Assembly: GCA_009914755.4 (NCBI GenBank)
Contig: CP086569.2
Location: 21,248,001-21,312,000, forward strand
Source of the DNA: the human T2T-CHM13v2.0 reference genome, Homo sapiens
Direction of reading: 5' to 3'
Length of the DNA stretch: 64,000 nucleotides
The notes beneath the pieces were generated by a model, which saw only the letters and a program-made list of their open reading frames with translations, searched no databases and was not told where the DNA came from. The position numbers were made by a program, and so were the translations under genes. How positions within the stretch are numbered: position 1 is the stretch's first letter; each line of letters begins with the position of its first letter. Of this stretch, positions 17,560-30,432 are shown in pieces.

Positions 17560-19760
17560 CTAAAAATTATGCTGTACAAAATATTGGTACTCACTTCCTA
17601 AAGTTCATTTTTTATGAATTCTTTTTGATTTAGTAGTATAGGTAGTGGTAAAAGAATCCACAAATTAAAAATACTTTTTAAATAAAGAAACTGTCAGAAA
17701 ACAAGATTTTGGAATAGAGTTTTCTATAATTACTGTGTTTTACACTAAGCACAGTACAAAATTGGTAACTAGAAAATTTTCATGAAGTGTCTTCTGAATT
17801 TATTCTAATAACACTCTGTTTCTAATGAGTTCACCATGTTAGATTTGACATCAAACCGAGAACACCTAGTATTTGTCTTGTGTCTGGCTTATTTAACTGA
17901 GCACGTTGTTTTCTAAGTCCATTGATGTTGTTGTAAATGGCTAGATATTCATCTTTTTATGGCTACATAATATTCTACTGTGCATATATAACATTTTATT
18001 TGTCATTCTTCTGTCAACAGATATTCAGGGTTTTTTTGTCTCCCTTGGCTGTTATAAATAATGCTGCAAAGAACACGAGGATGCAGATATTTTTAATCAC
18101 GGTCCTTATTTTCTTTTTGGTTATGTGTCCAGAATCTGGATTGCTGGATTATATGATAGATTTATTTATACTTTACTTTTGAAAGAAGATCCATATTGGT
18201 TTTTGTGGTGACTCTACAAAGTTACATTTAACAAAGAGTGCACAGGTTTTCTTTTCTCCACACCCTCACCAATGCTTATTAAGTCTCTTCTTTTTGTTAC
18301 TAAGCATCCTAACATATATGTGGTTGGTACCTCATCTTGCATTTGATTTACATTTGCCTGATGATTTGTAATTTTTATCAGTTTTGTATGTACTGCTTTG
18401 TTATTTGTGTGACTTCTTTGGATAAAACATCTATTCAGCCTGCTGTCTGTTTTCCAACTGAGTTATTATTGTCGTTAGTATTTTTTGCTTTGAATTGCAT
18501 GCTTTATAAGTATGCATGTATAATTTATATATATGATATTAACATACAAAATATATGGTTTGCAAATGTTTCTTTTCTGCAGGTTTTTAAAAATATTTTG
18601 TTTTTTTCTTTGGTGTGAAGACACTTTTTCATTTGATGCAGTCCCACTTGTTTATATTTGCTTGTGTTGCTGTGCTTTTGTTGTCATACCTAAAAAAAAT
18701 TTGCAAAGACCAACACCAAGAAAGTTTTGTCATGTATTTTGTTCTGATGAATTTTGAAATTTTATGTGTTACATCTGTCTTTATTTCATTTTAAGTTAAT
18801 TTGTAGTATACCATAAGAAAATGGTCAAATTCATTTATTCTGTTTATGAATAGTTAGTTTTCCAAGGGTGTTAATTTCCACATTGTGTAGTTTTGGTGCC
18901 TTTATCAAAAATTAGTTGACTTTGTATGTATAGGTTTTATTCTGGGATGTTTATACAGTTCCACTAGTTTTGTGTGGGTTGTCTGGTCATATCGTATGAT
19001 TTTCCTTAACAAAGCCTTTAAGTCACGTTTGAGATCAGGAACCATAGTGACCCCAGCTTGATTCCTTCTTAAGTCTGCTTAGACTATCTGGAGATGTTTG
19101 TGCTTCCATTCAAATCTATGAAATTGAAATACTTTTACTGGACTTTTGATTGGGATAACATTTAATCTGTAGATTTCTGTGGGCAATGTGGTGTTTATAC
19201 TACTAAATACCTTAATTTATAAACATTGAATGTACTATTATTTATTTACATCTACTTCAAATTCTATATGTATCTGAATGCACAGATGTTTAATATTCTT
19301 CATTATATTTATTCCAAGGTTTTTTTATTTTTACAATATTGTAAACTGAATTTGTTTTTTCTTTCCCTTTTTAGACAGTTTATTGTTAGCATGCAGAAAC
19401 ACAACTATTTGTGTATTTATTTTGATTTTTACTATTTTACTGAATGTACTTATTAGTTCTAACAGTCTTTTTTTGGTGTATTCTTGGATCTTAAATATAA
19501 GATTGTGCCATCTACAAATAGTGACATTTGAATGTGTAATTTAATTACTAATTTGGATGGCTCTTTAATTTTTTTTCCTAATTGTTCTGATACAGACTTT
19601 GAGTAACATGTTGAGATGAAAACATTGCTAGTACGCACAATGTAGTCTTGATCTGGTGTCTGTGCATTTAAAAATGGTAACACCTCTTCCAGTATTTACA
19701 AATTTGTAAAGTGGAGATCTCTCATTGAGTGATAAGGCTGATGTGATTGCCTCTTGGATT
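17560..19760 (-). mobile_element. Old LINE-1 (L1M/L1PB-like) 3' portion, 5'-truncated (3'UTR and ORF2 C-terminal/RT-proximal region in reverse complement)
   Basis: Diverged but colinear L1 minus-strand motifs: ttatggctacataatattctactgtgcatatata.., gatatatggtttgcaaatgtttcttttctgcaggtt, gatgcagtcccacttgtttatatttgcttgtgttgc, gtataggttttattctgggatgtttatacagttccactagttttgtgtgggtt, attgtgccatctacaaatagtgacatttgaatgtgtaatttaattactaatttggatggc. Confidence 0.6.
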
Positions 19761-20204
19761 GCAGAGAAATGGAGTTGCCTGTTCGTCACAAGTCTGCTGC
19801 TTGGTCGGCCTCTTGTGGTCCTGATACTAGGGGATTATGTAGTCATGGATTCTGTATGACCCTGAGATTGCAGATCCTTGAGTGCTTTTATCTATACGGC
19901 AGGCACTAGAATAGCATCATGCATTTGGGTCCATATACAGTGAATCTAATATCATCTGTGTAAATAGATTTCGTTCCCACTGAGTCCCTGAGATGGTTTT
20001 ACACAGGTCGCTATATGGGTCCCTGAGTGTGTCAGACTGTTAATGAACTGTGATTGTGAAGGCTGGAACTCAGTCACAGGACTGCTTTGAGAACCACAGT
20101 GCTGCCCAAGATCTGCAGGCCTGCTACAGAGCTATGGCTGGCTGATTCTCCCTGCAGGTCTTTCAATGGGAAAAATCATTTCTGGACCATTGCTGAGAGG
20201 AGTT

Positions 20205-22300
20205 GAGGTAATTCATGTAAGTGGAATCATACAGTACATGTCATTTTGTCACTGTCATTTCACTTAATATAATGTCTTCAGCATTTTCTATTGTAAAATG
20301 TGACAATATATTCTTAATGGAGCCTGGAGAACATTTTAGTGTAGTACGTATAAGTCACATTTTTAAAATTGAGTTTTCTACTGAGAAGAATTTTTGTATC
20401 GTCCAACTATTGCTTTTGTAAATATTGTTGCAATTAACATAAGTGTACTGATATCCCTTCCAGGTCCTGCTTTGCACAGTTTGAATAGATGCCTGTAAGT
20501 AGAGTTGCTGAATTATGTGATAAATTTGTTTTAATTTTTGAGGAATTTCCACACTATCTTTTGTAGCAGAGACTGCCTCATCATTTTTGTCCTCCACCAG
20601 CACACAAGGATTTCAATGTTTTTTACATCCTTAACATTATTTTTTGATTTCTTGATAGTGGCCATTTGGATGAGTATAATATGGTATGTTATTTTGGTTT
20701 TTTTTTCATTTTTTTCTAAAAAGTGGTCATTTTTCAAATTAATGTTGACTATATGTTATTTTTGAAGAAATCTCTGCTCATTTTTTTGTCCATTTCTTTA
20801 AACATTGTTGTTCACTTGTTGTTGTTAAACTTTTTGCAGTTATTTACATATCCTAGATATTATCTCCTGTCAAACATATGGTTTTAAAATACTTTGTCCA
20901 ATTCTTTGATGTAATTTTTATACCACTAAATGTTTCTTATGACAGGCACAAGTTTAAATTAATGTAGTACCATTTTAGTGTTCTCTTTGTTGCATATGAA
21001 GTTGATATCAAATCCAGAAAACATTGCCAAGATCTATATTATAACTTGTACCATATATTTTCTTTGAAAATTTGTAGAGTTTTAGTTGTTACATTTCACT
21101 GTGTAATCTATTAAAAACAGTTTTTCATATGTTTTGGAGACAAAGTCTAAACTCAAAATTTCCTAAGTAGAATATTGTTTCCCAACTTAATACACTGAAG
21201 AGAATTTCTTTTTCTTATTGTGTGATTACAGCAGCTCTGTGGAACATCATTTGATCATACACACAAGGGTTTATTTTTCTGGTTCTCTGTTCTGTTTCAT
21301 CATCTACTTTGCTGGTCTTTCTGTCAGTACTGCATTGTTATATTATTTCTATAGCCTACTAATCTGTTCTGAAATAGGAAGCGTGGGGCTTCTAATTTTA
21401 TTTTCTTTGGCTGTTTGGGCTACTCATAGTCCTTTGAGATTCTATATAAATTTAAAACTTGTTAAAATACTTCTGTAAATAACTCTCAGATTTTCATAGG
21501 GATTACATTGCATTTAAAAGACACCATGGATTGTATTTACATCTAAATAATATTAAATCTACTTACTCTTATTGAAGAGTGTGTTCAAGAGTTTAAGTTT
21601 CACATATGTATTAATTTGTCAGTATTGCTTTTGCTATTTTTACTAGTTTAATTTCATATGACCAGCGAAGACACATTGCATGATTTAGTCTTATTAAAAA
21701 TAATTAGTATTTTTTAGTGTTATAACAGATTGTCCATGAAACCACAACTATTTATTTTCTCTTCTCTATGCACCTGACAGAGTCCAATCCACTTTCTTTT
21801 TCCAAAACTTTATTTCAGGTATCTTACATAAATGGAACCATATATAGTATTTATCACTTTCTGCCTATCTTTTCACATAGCACAATGACCTCAATACATA
21901 TTTTTATTGTGAATATAACAAAAATTATTGCTCTCTAAAAGTTGAGTAATATTTAATTATTCATATATCTATATTTCTCAATATATTTTTCAAGAAAAGC
22001 TGGGTTCTTTCCACTTATTGATTTATGTGAATAATGCTACAATGAATACAGATGTGTAAATAACTTTATTTTACCCTATATACAAGAATTTATTTGCTGT
22101 ATTATGTTTCATTGATGTATTTACCTGTCTTTATTTTAGTACCAAAGTATGTTGATTACTATAGCCTTATAATATGTTTTTAGACCAGGAATTATGATGC
22201 CTCCAATGATGTTTCCCTTTTTGACAATGGTTGAGTTCTGGTCTCTTCAGATTTAATAGAGTTTACATAATTGCTATTTATATTAATGCAAAAAGTGAAT
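20205..22300 (-). mobile_element. Old LINE-1 fragments (at least two partial copies of the ORF2 C-terminal/3' region, the second starting near 21800), same orientation as the previous one
   Basis: ggaatcatacagtacatgtcattttgtcactgtcatttcacttaatataatgtcttcagcattttc (rc of the L1 motif ...ggaatcatacagtatttgtccttttgtgactggcttatttcacttagcataatgtcctc). This motif recurs at about 21830 (tggaaccatatatagtatttatcactttctgcctatcttttcacatagcacaatgacctcaatacat). Also gcagttatttacatatcctagatattatctcctgtcaaacatatggttttaaaatactttgtccaattc (rc of ...ggatattaaccccttatcagatatatggtttgcaaatattttctcccattc). Confidence 0.55.
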
Positions 22301-23079
22301 ACCTGTTATTTAAAGTATACCACCCTTTCCTTAAGCACTCTGTCAGTGGAGACAAAAACCAATATTTGAGCATTTATCTAAAAACCAGAAATGTACATAC
22401 ACATACCACTTTTCTTTTTCTCTCCCTTGGAAGCAACATAGAGTTGGAAGTTTCTCTTAATTTCACCATGCTGTACTTGGAGGAGGTAAGGCTGTGTTAG
22501 GTATATGAGACTAACTTTTCTTTCTAAATGAAACATTTTGTTGTTTTATACCCTTTTGGTCTTGCAAATATTTATCTGCTTTTTAGAGTTTCTACAAAGA
22601 CCATTAGATCAGTATAGAGTTAAGTTGATATACCTAAGATAAAATGAGAGCCACTTATTATATTTGTAAAGTATATTCAACTAAATCTGGTATGTGGGAT
22701 TTATTTTTATTTTTATTACTTTTGGTTTTGTGTAATTTGTACAACCAAAGTCTTTCACCAAAGCTAGCCATAGAAGGTTAATTTCAAAAAGTAATACTGG
22801 GAAAATATGCAAGCTGTGGCCTCAAAAATTTACATTGTAAAAAACTGGGAAAGATTAGGTGAAGATGAAGAGAAGAAATAATACCATAATACATATTATC
22901 AATTTGTCCCAATTCTCATAACAAAAATTTAAGTGCCAAAGGATATCAGGAACACAGAATATTTTAGAAAAAAAACTCAATTTATTTTGGCTACTTTTAA
23001 AGAACCACGTGTTTCTATAAACATGTATCAACATCATTTTTGAAATACACCTATCATAATAAAATTAGCAAAAAAGGAA

Positions 23080-24520
23080 ACCTTTATGGCTCAAACATTG
23101 ATAAACACCAAAGTACTAATTTTCCAAAGAATTATTACAATTGCAATAATTCATAAAATTATTTTGTTAGATCTCAAAACTTATTATCTATCAGTGTATT
23201 CATCTTTAAGAGAAGCCTTAAAATAGTAATGAGTGATAAAAATTTTAACGGTCTTCAGAACATCTAAATTTCAAATAATTCATGTTAGAACATACACAGA
23301 TGTAATAAATGCAGGAAAGCCTCTATTCACTTATTACTCAATAATTGAACCTTTAGTCAAATTATTATTAGAGAAAAATTCAAATGTAAAAAAAATTTGG
23401 CAATTATTTTAAAAAGCACTTAAACCCTACACAGCTTTACATCTCTTAATATTAGGCAGAAATTCAAATGCTAAAAAAATTGGCAAATCTTTTAACTGGC
23501 ACTCAATCCTTAAACAACATCAAAAAATCCATATAGGTGAGAAATTACAAATGTAAAAAATGTTGCAGGTCTTTATCCAGTATGCTCACCTTACATGATG
23601 TCAGAGAATCTGTACTGGTAAGAAATGCTGCAAATTTACAGAACGTGGCAAAGCCTTTAACTGTTTCTTAAACCTTATATATAAGAGAATTTATGCTGGA
23701 AAGAAGCTCTACAAATGTAAAAAAGTATAGTAAAGCCTTCAACAACTTTTAAAATTCTAGTGTACATCAGAAAATTTGTAATGGAGAGAAACCACCCAAA
23801 TGTAAAAATTGTGTCAAATATGCTAGCAGTATGCACACCTTACAGAACCTCAGAGAATGCATAGTACACCTTACACAGTATCAGAGAATGTATACAGGAG
23901 GAAAGCCCTATAAATGTGTATAAAGTTGCATAGCTTTTAACACACGTTCAAATTCTACTCAGAATCAGATAATTTATTTTAAAAAGAAATACAACAAATG
24001 TAATGAATGTGACATACCTTTCATTCATTTCTTTCTTTCTTTCTTTCTTTCCTTCTTATTTTTACTTTTGATTTTGAGACACATGTGCAGGGTGTGCCAG
24101 TTTGCTTCATAGGTAAATATGTGCCATGGTGGTTTGCTGTGTGTATCATCTGATCACATCATAGGTATTAGTGCTCAAACATTGTGCTACATAAGATAAT
24201 GTATACTAAATTTAAACCCTGCACATATAAAGAATATGTCTCAGTCATTAACTTGTGCTTACACATTACTCAACAGTAGCATATCAATACTAAATAGAAA
24301 TGCTATATCTGTAATAACTTTGAAAAGACCTCTGTTTCAAATCTACCTCTTATTGAGGACCATAGTATTTCTATTGAAAAAAATATATATGCAAATATAA
24401 AATAGGTAGTGAAGCCTTTAAGTGTTGCTCAAGTTTTACTTAAATAATTCCTATAGAAATAAACCATTATAAATGTGATAAAAATCAAGCCTACATATAA
24501 ATTACATGAATCAAGCTAGA
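23080..24520 (+). pseudogene. Decayed tandem C2H2 zinc-finger array relic (KRAB-ZNF-type finger repeats, period about 84 bp), heavily A/T-mutated, no open frame
   Basis: Repeated units of the form ..aaatgtaaaaaatgttgcaggtctttatccagtatgctcaccttacatgatgtcagagaatctgtactggtaagaaatgctgcaaatttacagaacgtggcaaagcctttaactgtttc.. versus the canonical finger unit ..ggagagaaaccctacaaatgtgaagaatgtggcaaagcctttaaccagtcctcaaaccttactacacataagagaattcatactgga... For example, cagtatcagagaatgtatacaggaggaaagccctataaatgtgtataaagttgcatagcttttaacacacgttcaaattctactcagaatcagataatttat translates approximately as [32 protein letters not shown] (cf. [33 protein letters not shown]). Confidence 0.6.
24028..24056. repeat. (TTTC)n microsatellite
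   Basis: tttctttctttctttctttctttccttc. Confidence 0.85.
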
Positions 24521-25529
24521 AATAAGACACTAGATATTACTCTAAATAACAACGTTTATTTTAAAGAATAGTTCAAAGTCCAAGTATTAGATAATTTGTT
24601 ACAAAGCAGCAGAGATTGATGGATCAATAAAATATTCACATTCAATGTATATTCATTTTGTAGTGACATTATTTGAAATGATTTGTGTGAATATTATTGA
24701 TATAATTAAAGTTATATTACTGAATAATACTTTATTTCTACTGTTTATGTAAAGCATGCAATTGATTGTTTATGTTAATCTCATCTATATTAGGTGAGCA
24801 TCATTCCCATCATCTCTCCAATAGAATATTGAAGGCACTGGCCTGAACAATGTATCATGACAATCCAAATGGTAGTGCTGTTTTGCTTTATTTACAGAAG
24901 TGTTGTAAGTCATGCATAAATTAGGTGTTCAGAGAATCATTCTTCTGAATTAAAATAGGACACCAAAACAGCTTGACATTTAGAAATAAATATTTTTACC
25001 AACTGATCATTAAGAAAAATGTCTGGCCAGTCCATTAACATTCTGATTCATCTTCATATTGGTATAGAAACAATGAACAAATCTACACAAATATTAGATG
25101 AATATTCAGATAACTTCCCTCTCATAGGACATAGATTCATTGTATGTTTAGTATTGTAAGTACATAGCCTCAGCTTAAAAAAAAAGGCATATTTTTATAT
25201 AGATCATGGTGGCAGTGGAACAAAAATACTTCTTTAGTGTTTGTAGGTCATTGAGAATAGAGTGGATTTTGAAATGCTTTACTTAGTGTAGCTTACATTT
25301 GATTTGATTAGAACTTAATTTGTTTTAATAAATAAAACTGATATTTTTAATTTATCAGCATGGCTTAATATTGAATGCTGTGTTATTCTATCAAAATTTT
25401 AACCGAATCCACCTTGCTCTAGGTTCTCATGCCATATAGTAATGACATATGATTGAGTAATATAGTCCAATGCTATGTTTATATTGTTTTTATTCTAAAT
25501 GATGAGAAACCCAAAAGAATTTAGAGGAC

Positions 25530-26130
25530 TTGGCCTGGGGCTAATAAGTGGCTGATGTGATGATTCATAGAGGCTGATTATCTTGGCCCAAGACCTATCA
25601 AGAGGTGAAGTGACAGCTTGTCCCAGGACCTTGGCCTAGGACCAGTTAGGGGCTTAAATGATGATTCATAGAGGCTGGACTCACAGTTTTAAAAAAGGGA
25701 AGAAATGTTTCCACCAGAACCCACCAGAGCTCACTGTACCCATGCCCACAAAAGAAAAAGCTTTTCTTCTGGGAGCTGACTGAGTGTACAAAGGACAAAG
25801 GTATTTCTATGACAGGCCTTCCTCTTTTATGTGTGTGAGCCAAAGGTTTCTGCAAAGTTTTATCTAAATAGGCCAGAGGTTTTTCTACCTGCACAGTCAC
25901 AGGCATGTCTCCAGACACAACTCTTTGTGCCAGAAGTTCCCTTATTGGTGCCTGTAGCTTGTACTTTTTTTTCCAGGCTGATTTTTATTATGTGAGAATG
26001 AGGCACTGACCCATGGGTCAGAGGCTTTCTGGGCAAGCTAGCTTACTCTTTTGGGTCGCCCCTTAGAAGTGGAGACCCTAACTGCTTTTAGGGAGATCGA
26101 GCATTGATCTTTCTGCCTACTTCCTGATGA
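25530..26130 (-). mobile_element. ERV LTR copy A (putative 3' LTR of a very old class-I ERV); about 75% identical to copies B and C
   Basis: Colinear with 35545-36130 and 39705-40270. Example: ...tgattcatagaggctggactcacag ... cccactgt(ac/gt)c(c/t)catgcccacaaaagaaaaag ... acaaaggacaaagg(t/c)atttct(a/g)tg(a/t)cag ... gtgagccaa(a/g)g(g/t)tt ... tg(c/t)(a/g)cagtcacaggcat / tgtgtagccatgagcat ... gagaatgaggcactgacccatgg / gaaatgagacactgacacatgg. Confidence 0.7.
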
Positions 26131-27610
26131 AGAAGGGGGTTGAGTAAAAAACAGCTGCTAAGATTCTTACTTAGGTTGGTTTAAGTGTCCTCAGAAGAAA
26201 GGTTCACTTATGCCATGGTTCTAGTTGCATTACCATTTAGATTTGGATAGTCTCTATTTGAAAAGAAACAATTTAAATACTTAGAGGGCATGTATTAAAA
26301 TAAGAAAATGGGGATAAGGACAGCCTAAGAATTCTGAGGCTGCTGACATGCCTTGATAACTGGTGCCTACAGATATGCTTGTTAACATTTGAGTGCATGG
26401 GGCTTTGCTTTGGTTCCCTTCCTTGGTCTCAATCTTCCAAACAGAAAACTCTTGGTTATGGGCACCCTGTTTACTCCCATTACCTGGCAAGACATATAGG
26501 ATAATTGCCCTAGTATTGGAGTTCTTATCCCATATTTTTACATTGCCCATTCCTTTCTGTCAACTCTGAGCTACAGCCAGAAATTGCTGGTTGGCTCACT
26601 GAAATAACCATGGTTAATCTAAAATGTAGGCAAACACTTAACAACAACTGAGACTAAAAGTCAATGACAGCTGTATGATAAGTTTTGAAACATAATCTCT
26701 CTCTTTCCAGTCCTATTTAAAAAAAAAAGAAAAACATAATAGCACTGAGCTTTTGTGAAATAGACTTTAGTCTTATACTTGGATTAATTATTTGCATAAA
26801 GTGCAGCAAGAACAATCACCTCCACACAGGCCTTTTTGATTGGCTTTGATGGAATTCTGTTTCATAAGAAATCTCAGATTGGACTTTGAAAAGCCAAGCC
26901 CAGCCATAGGTTTGTATCTTCAAATACCTGTGAGTTGAGTAAACTCTCCTCTTCTTTAGGTTTCAAGAGAATAGGTTTCCTGAGCCTACTAGAAAGTGAC
27001 ATTCTATGCTCACTGCAGGCCAGGAACTCTGTAAGGGGACTGTTTAGACAAGGTATGAGGCCAGTTTTTCCAGGAGGCTTTTATATTCTCTGCAACTTAA
27101 GCTTGATTCCTTAAAGAGAAACACATCCTTCCAGACAAAGCATTGGTAAAACAACCAGTTTTTTTTTTTTTCAATTGCATCGTGTTGTAAAAGAAAATGG
27201 ATTCTTGTTGCACTGATGCAAACAACCATATTGTTTTAATTTAATAATATTCATAACTACTTTTCAAATTCTAGAGTAACTAGGCAGAGAAACAAACATG
27301 TCTCAATTTTTGTTCATATTTTTAAGACTTGCTCAAGTGTTAAAAGCTTTTAAGAAAGTTTACTTGATTGCTGAAAAATAAAATGAGGATCAGCAATATT
27401 TCAAGCAGAAGTCAAAAATCTTGCTTCAGTTTTGTACTTGTTTAGCTCATTCCATTAATGCTTGTTCTACTTCATATTCGTAAACATTTTAGCTTTTTAT
27501 GAGTTCTGCATATTTTCTCTTATCAGAAACCTGCATTTGAGAGAACCTGTTAAATTTCCATGGCTGATTATAAACCATCTTTGGAAGGAAATTAAAATAA
27601 GACAACAGAG

Positions 27611-27894
27611 ACCAGGCATGGTGGCTCACACCTGTAATCCCAGCACTTTGGGAGGCTATGGGGGGCAGATCATGAGGTCAGGAGATTGAGACTATCCTGG
27701 CTAACACGGTGAAACCCCGTCTCTGCTAAAAATACAAAAGAATTATCTGGGCATGGTGGTGGGTGCCTGTAGTCCTAGCTACTTGGGAGGATGAGTCAGG
27801 AGAATGGCATGAACGCTGGAGGCGGAACTTTCAGTGAGCCGAGATCACGCCACTCCACTCTAGCCTGGATGACACAACAAAACTCCATCTCAAA

Positions 27895-27925
<31 letters not shown>

Positions 27926-27932
27926 AGTAAGT
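27611..27932 (+). mobile_element. Alu (+) with an (AAAT)n-expanded tail
   Basis: gaccaggcatggtggctcacacctgtaatcccagcactttgggaggc ... gcctgtagtcctagctacttgggaggatgagtcaggagaatggcatgaacgctggaggcggaactttcagtgagccgagatcacgccactccactctagcctggatgacacaacaaaactccatctc then aaataaataaataaataaataaataaataaag. Confidence 0.9.
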
Positions 27933-28294
27933 AAGACAGACAACAACTGTGTGTAAGTGACAAAATGTCCAGGGTTGTTGAAGCCAGAAACATTATGAAA
28001 AAAGAAATTTGATTATTTCTGCAATTTATAATAATCCAACTTAATAACCTTAATTGTGATTGACAACAAACATTCAGGAAATAAAACCTAAGACATCCCA
28101 GACTTTTTGAAACACAGGGGACTTCTGTAGCAACCAAAAGCCAGCGGGCAGGAAATACAAACTTGACACTGAAGATTTATGTTGGAAAACCTGTAAAAGG
28201 TGTTAGAAATGTAAAACGCTTAATATTATAAAATAGAATTTCAAATTACTATGAGTTGTTGGCTTTGCCAAAATAAGTGAAAAAAAATTGAAAA

Positions 28295-29690
28295 CACAAA
28301 AACATTTTGTATTCATCTGTTTTCATGCTGCTGACAAAACATACACAAGACTGGGCAGTTTACAAAACAAAAGATTAGAGGACTCAACAGTTCCACATAG
28401 CTGGGGAAGCCTCAAAAATCACGGTGGAAGTCAAGGCACATCTCACATGGAAACACATAACAGAAGAGAGTTCGTGCAGGGAAACTCCCACTTACAGAAC
28501 CATCAAGACTCACTCCCATCATTCAATTACCTCCCACAGGATTTCTCCCACAACTAGTGGGAGTTCAAAATGAAATTTTGGTGGGAACAGAGCCAAATCA
28601 TGTTATTCCGCCTTTGGCCAGTCCCAAATCTCTTGTCCTCATATTTCAAAACTAGTCATGCCTTCAGAAAAGTCCCCTAAAGTATTAACTCATTTCAACA
28701 TTAACTTAAATGTCTACAGTCCAAAGTCTCCACTAGACAAGCCAACTCGCTTATACTTGTGATTCTATAAAATTAAAAGCAAGTTTGTTGCTTCCTAGAT
28801 GTAATGGGGTAACAGGAATTGGGTAAACACAGCTATTCTAAATAGGATAAATTAGCCAAAACAAAGGGGCTACAGGCCTCAGGCAAGTCCAAAATCCAGT
28901 GGGGTAGTAAAATCTTAAAGCTTCAAACTAATCTCTTTGACTACATGTCTCATATCCAAGTCATGCTGATGCAAGAGGTGGGCTACCATGGCTTTGGGCA
29001 GCTGCACCCCTGTGGCACTGCAGAATATAGCCTCCCCCTGGCTGCTTTCATGAACTGGTATTTAGAGTCTGTGACTTTTCTAGGTGCACAAAGCAAGCTG
29101 TTGGTGAATGTACCATTCTGGGGCCTGGAGAATGGTGGCCCTCTTCTCACAGCTCCACGAGGTAGTGCCTCAGTAGGGACTATTTCTCAGGGATCCCTCC
29201 CCATATTTTCCTTCCATAACTGCGGTTGCAGAGGTTTTCCATGAGCACCACATCCCTGAAGCAAACTTCTGCCTAAACATGCTGGCATTTCCATATATCC
29301 TCTGAAATGTAGACTGAGGTTCCCAAATCTCAATTCTTTACTTCTGTGCTCTTGTGGGCTCAACACCACATGGAAGCTGTCAAGGATTGAGGCTTTCAAT
29401 ATCTGAAGCCACAGCTCAAGCTGTATCTTGGCCTCTTTTAGTCACAGCTGGAGTGGCTGGGATGCAGGACACCAAGTTCCTAGACTGCACACAGCAGAGG
29501 GACCCTGGGCCTCACACATGAAACCATTTTTTCCTGTTAGGTCTTTGAGTTTGTGATAGGAACAGCTGCCACAGTGGTCTCTGACATGGCCTGGAGACAT
29601 TTACCTCATTGTGTTGGGGATTAACATTTGGCTCCTTACAACTTTCACTAAAAATACATTTTATTTTTGTGTAGTTTGCATTTAAATCTA
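28295..29690 (-). mobile_element. MaLR (THE1/MST-like) element: 3' LTR (28295-28615) plus internal region (28616-about 29690) in reverse complement. Its 5' side is disrupted by the following L1 fragment.
   Basis: LTR: ttttcatgctgctgacaaaacatacacaagactgggcagtttacaaaacaaaagattagaggactcaacagttccacatagctggggaagcctcaa.aatcacggtggaagtcaaggcacatctcacatgg ... cccatcattcaattacctcccacagg.tttctcccacaac.agtgggagttcaaaatgaaattttggtgggaacagagccaaatcatgtta (rc of the THE1-type LTR). Internal: gcctttggccagtcccaaatctcttgtcctcatatttcaaaactagtcatgccttc ... tgcagaggttttccatgagcaccacatccctgaagcaaacttctgcctaaacatgctggcatttccatatatcctctgaaatgtagactgaggttcccaaatctc... (rc of the THE1/MST internal sequence). Confidence 0.8.
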
Positions 29691-29733
29691 TTTTCAGTGC
29701 TTTTTATTACATATTATATTAGAAATTCATAGA

Positions 29734-30432
29734 AATTTTTTTCTTTTTTTATTATACTTTAAGTTCTAGGGTACGTGTGCACAACGTGCAGGTTTAACTA
29801 GGTATACGTGTGCCATGTTGGTTTGCTGCACCCTCAACTCGTCATTTACACTATGTATTTCTCTTAATGCTATCCCTCCCCCAACTTCCCACCCCCTGAC
29901 AGGACCCAATGTGTGACGTTCCCCACCCTGTGTTCATGTGTTCTCATTGTTCGATTCCCCCTTATGAGTGAGAACATGCGCTGTTTCGTTTTCTGTCCTT
30001 ATAATAGTTTGCAGAGAATTGTGGCTTCCAGCTTTGCCCATGTCCCTGCAAAGGACATGAGTTCATCCTTTTTTATGGCTGCATAGTATTCCATGATGCA
30101 TATGTGCCACATTTTCTTAATCCAGTCTATGATTGATGGACATTTGGGTTGGTTCCAAGTCTTTGCTATTGTGAATAGTGCTGCAGTAGACATACGTATG
30201 CATGTGTCTTTATAGCAGCATGATTTTTAATCCTTTGGGTATATACCCAGTAATGAGATCTCTGGGTCAAATGGTATTTCTAGTTCTAGATCCTTGAGTA
30301 ATTGCCATACTGTCTTCCACATGGTTGAACTAATTTACATTCCCACTAACAGTGTAAAAGCATTCCAATTACTCTACATCCTCTCCAGCATCTGTTGTTT
30401 CCCGACTTTTTAATGAGCACCATTTTAACTCG
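29734..30432 (-). mobile_element. L1PA-type 3' end fragment (3'UTR and ORF2 C-terminus, reverse complement) inserted into the MaLR element
   Basis: T-rich run then tattatactttaagttctagggtacgtgtgcacaacgtgcaggtttaactaggtatacgtgtgccatgttggtttgctgcaccctcaactcgtcatttacactatgtatttctcttaatgctatccctccccc ... ttatggctgcatagtattccatgatgcatatgtgccacattttcttaatccagtctatgattgatggacatttgggttggttccaagtctttgctattgtgaatagtgctgcagtagacatacgtatgcatgtgtctttatagcagcatgattt... Confidence 0.85.

Noticed and set aside
23380-24000. Regular ~84-bp periodic repeats that could superficially resemble a CRISPR array or satellite
   Set aside because: The repeating unit aligns to C2H2 zinc-finger coding DNA (finger plus linker), not to a short conserved direct repeat separated by unique spacers. 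The context is a primate genome, so no CRISPR call.
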